Assembly (NCBI RefSeq): GCF_018350175.1
Contig: NC_058368.1
Location: 65,412,001 to 65,476,000 of the forward strand
DNA length: 64,000 nucleotides
Direction: 5' to 3'
Origin: Felis catus
Lineage: Eukaryota
In this document: piece by piece, positions 62,960-64,000 of the stretch
Position numbering within the stretch: position 1 is the first letter of the stretch
Layout of the letters: each line of letters starts with the position of its first letter
Translations under genes and position numbers: made by a program
Notes under the pieces: generated by a model
The model's input: only the letters and a program-made list of their open reading frames with translations
What the model was told of the DNA's origin: nothing
The model's database searches: none

Positions 62960-63090
62960 AATACCAGAGTTTGCCACTAGCTTGCTGTGGCACTAGACAA
63001 ATTATTTCACAACTGGGACCATTGGTTCCCTCATCTTCATAATGAAGGGTTTGGACCAATACTTTCTGATGTTCTTTCTAAACAAACAAT
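62960..63090 (+). mobile_element. MIR3-like fragment
   Basis: ttgccactagcttgctgtggcactagacaaattatttcac...ccctcatcttcataatgaagggtttggacc. Confidence 0.7.
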
Positions 63091-63309
63091 CTCAATTTCT
63101 ACTGCAATCCTTTTCTTTTTATCATCTTGTCCATGAACACTGGGGTGGGTTCCCTTGAATGGAACTGAGATGGCCCATTTTGTTCTAGCCTTGAATCTTA
63201 CCACTGAAAGAATCCTTAATCTTGACAGAATCCTTTTGCTTTATAGGTGAGTAAGCTGATGACTGGCAGAGTTAAAGGAGATAGATACCAGGGTCAAAAA
63301 ATAGAAACA

Positions 63310-63632
63310 TGTTCTATAAATTCTCTACTGCTATGAAACAAACTATCCCCAAACTTTGTGCCTTTTGAAACATCACAAATGTATTGCTTCCTGCAATACT
63401 TTTGGGCTGGTTTTCTTAAGAGCAGTCTCAGAATGGCATTCTAAGAAGGTGATGACAGAAGTTGTTAAGTCTTCTTGAAGCTTAGGTTCTGGAGTTTGCA
63501 TGGTGTCACCTCCTACATTCTACTGGTCAAAGTATGTCCAAGGACAGCCCAGATTCAAGGGTTGGGGAAATAGGATCCATCTCTTGATGGGTGGAGTGGT
63601 AAAGAGTCTGCGGCCATATTTAATCTACCACA
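63310..63632 (-). mobile_element. MLT1 (H-like) LTR remnant
   Basis: aaacaaactatccccaaac; cattctactggtcaaag...cagcccagattcaaggg...ccatctcttgatggg...tttaatctaccaca. Confidence 0.85.
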
Positions 63633-64000
63633 CATAGACTATTATTCCTTCCTCCAAAAGCTATGCCACGTTACAGCACTTGGTTACAGCACTTTTTGGG
63701 CCAAGTCATTGTGCAGCCTTAAAATCCTTTTTAATACAGTGCTCCAGGCAGCCACCACAAATCAATCAGAACTGCCACAAGAAATGAAATCTATCTGCCA
63801 TCTGGACTGCAGTGAGTTGTGTTGACAGAGCCCAAATGGAAAATTCAGAATTCCTGGCTCTTGGTCTAGGTTCCTTTCTTTCCCCAATCACTGTTTCTCT
63901 TCCCTTCTGGTACATTCTTTAATGTTTGTCAAGTTATGTTAGAAAAGTCACTTATTTTTACCACTAAACTTTCTCAAAATGTACATACTTGAGATTTGGA

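Noticed and set aside
1..64000. CRISPR arrays, operons or other prokaryotic/viral systems; mitochondrial insertions; retroviral coding sequence
   Set aside because: No regularly spaced repeat-spacer arrays, long ORFs, or mitochondrial or gag/pol/env-like sequence seen; the window is repeat-rich mammalian non-coding DNA

Overview
This is mammalian genomic DNA, almost certainly from a cat-family (feliform) animal: about 22 tRNA-derived Can-SINEs are present, most with the felid SINEC_Fc structure (GGGGCGCCTGGGTGGCTCAGTCGGTT head, CT tract, AATAAA-A tail). There are also carnivore L1 3' fragments, older L1M, L2 and MIR fragments, MER5A, MER44/Tigger7, two MLT1 LTRs and microsatellites. I recognise no protein-coding exon, RNA gene or pseudogene. 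The ORF track is explained by repeats, microsatellites and chance. The window looks like a long intron or intergenic region. Its T-rich + strand and antisense LTRs weakly suggest a + strand host intron, but I cannot name a gene. I found no convincing new biological system. The most interesting observations are: a SINE-L1 composite with one shared target-site duplication (TSD); three SINEs with abutting TSDs forming a close inverted pair; an exact 45-bp dispersed duplication; candidate recursive-splice (AG|GT) sites; and a motif-rich candidate promoter/enhancer beside an antisense splice donor. Repeat families were called from my recall of consensus sequences, and the boundaries of old repeats are approximate.
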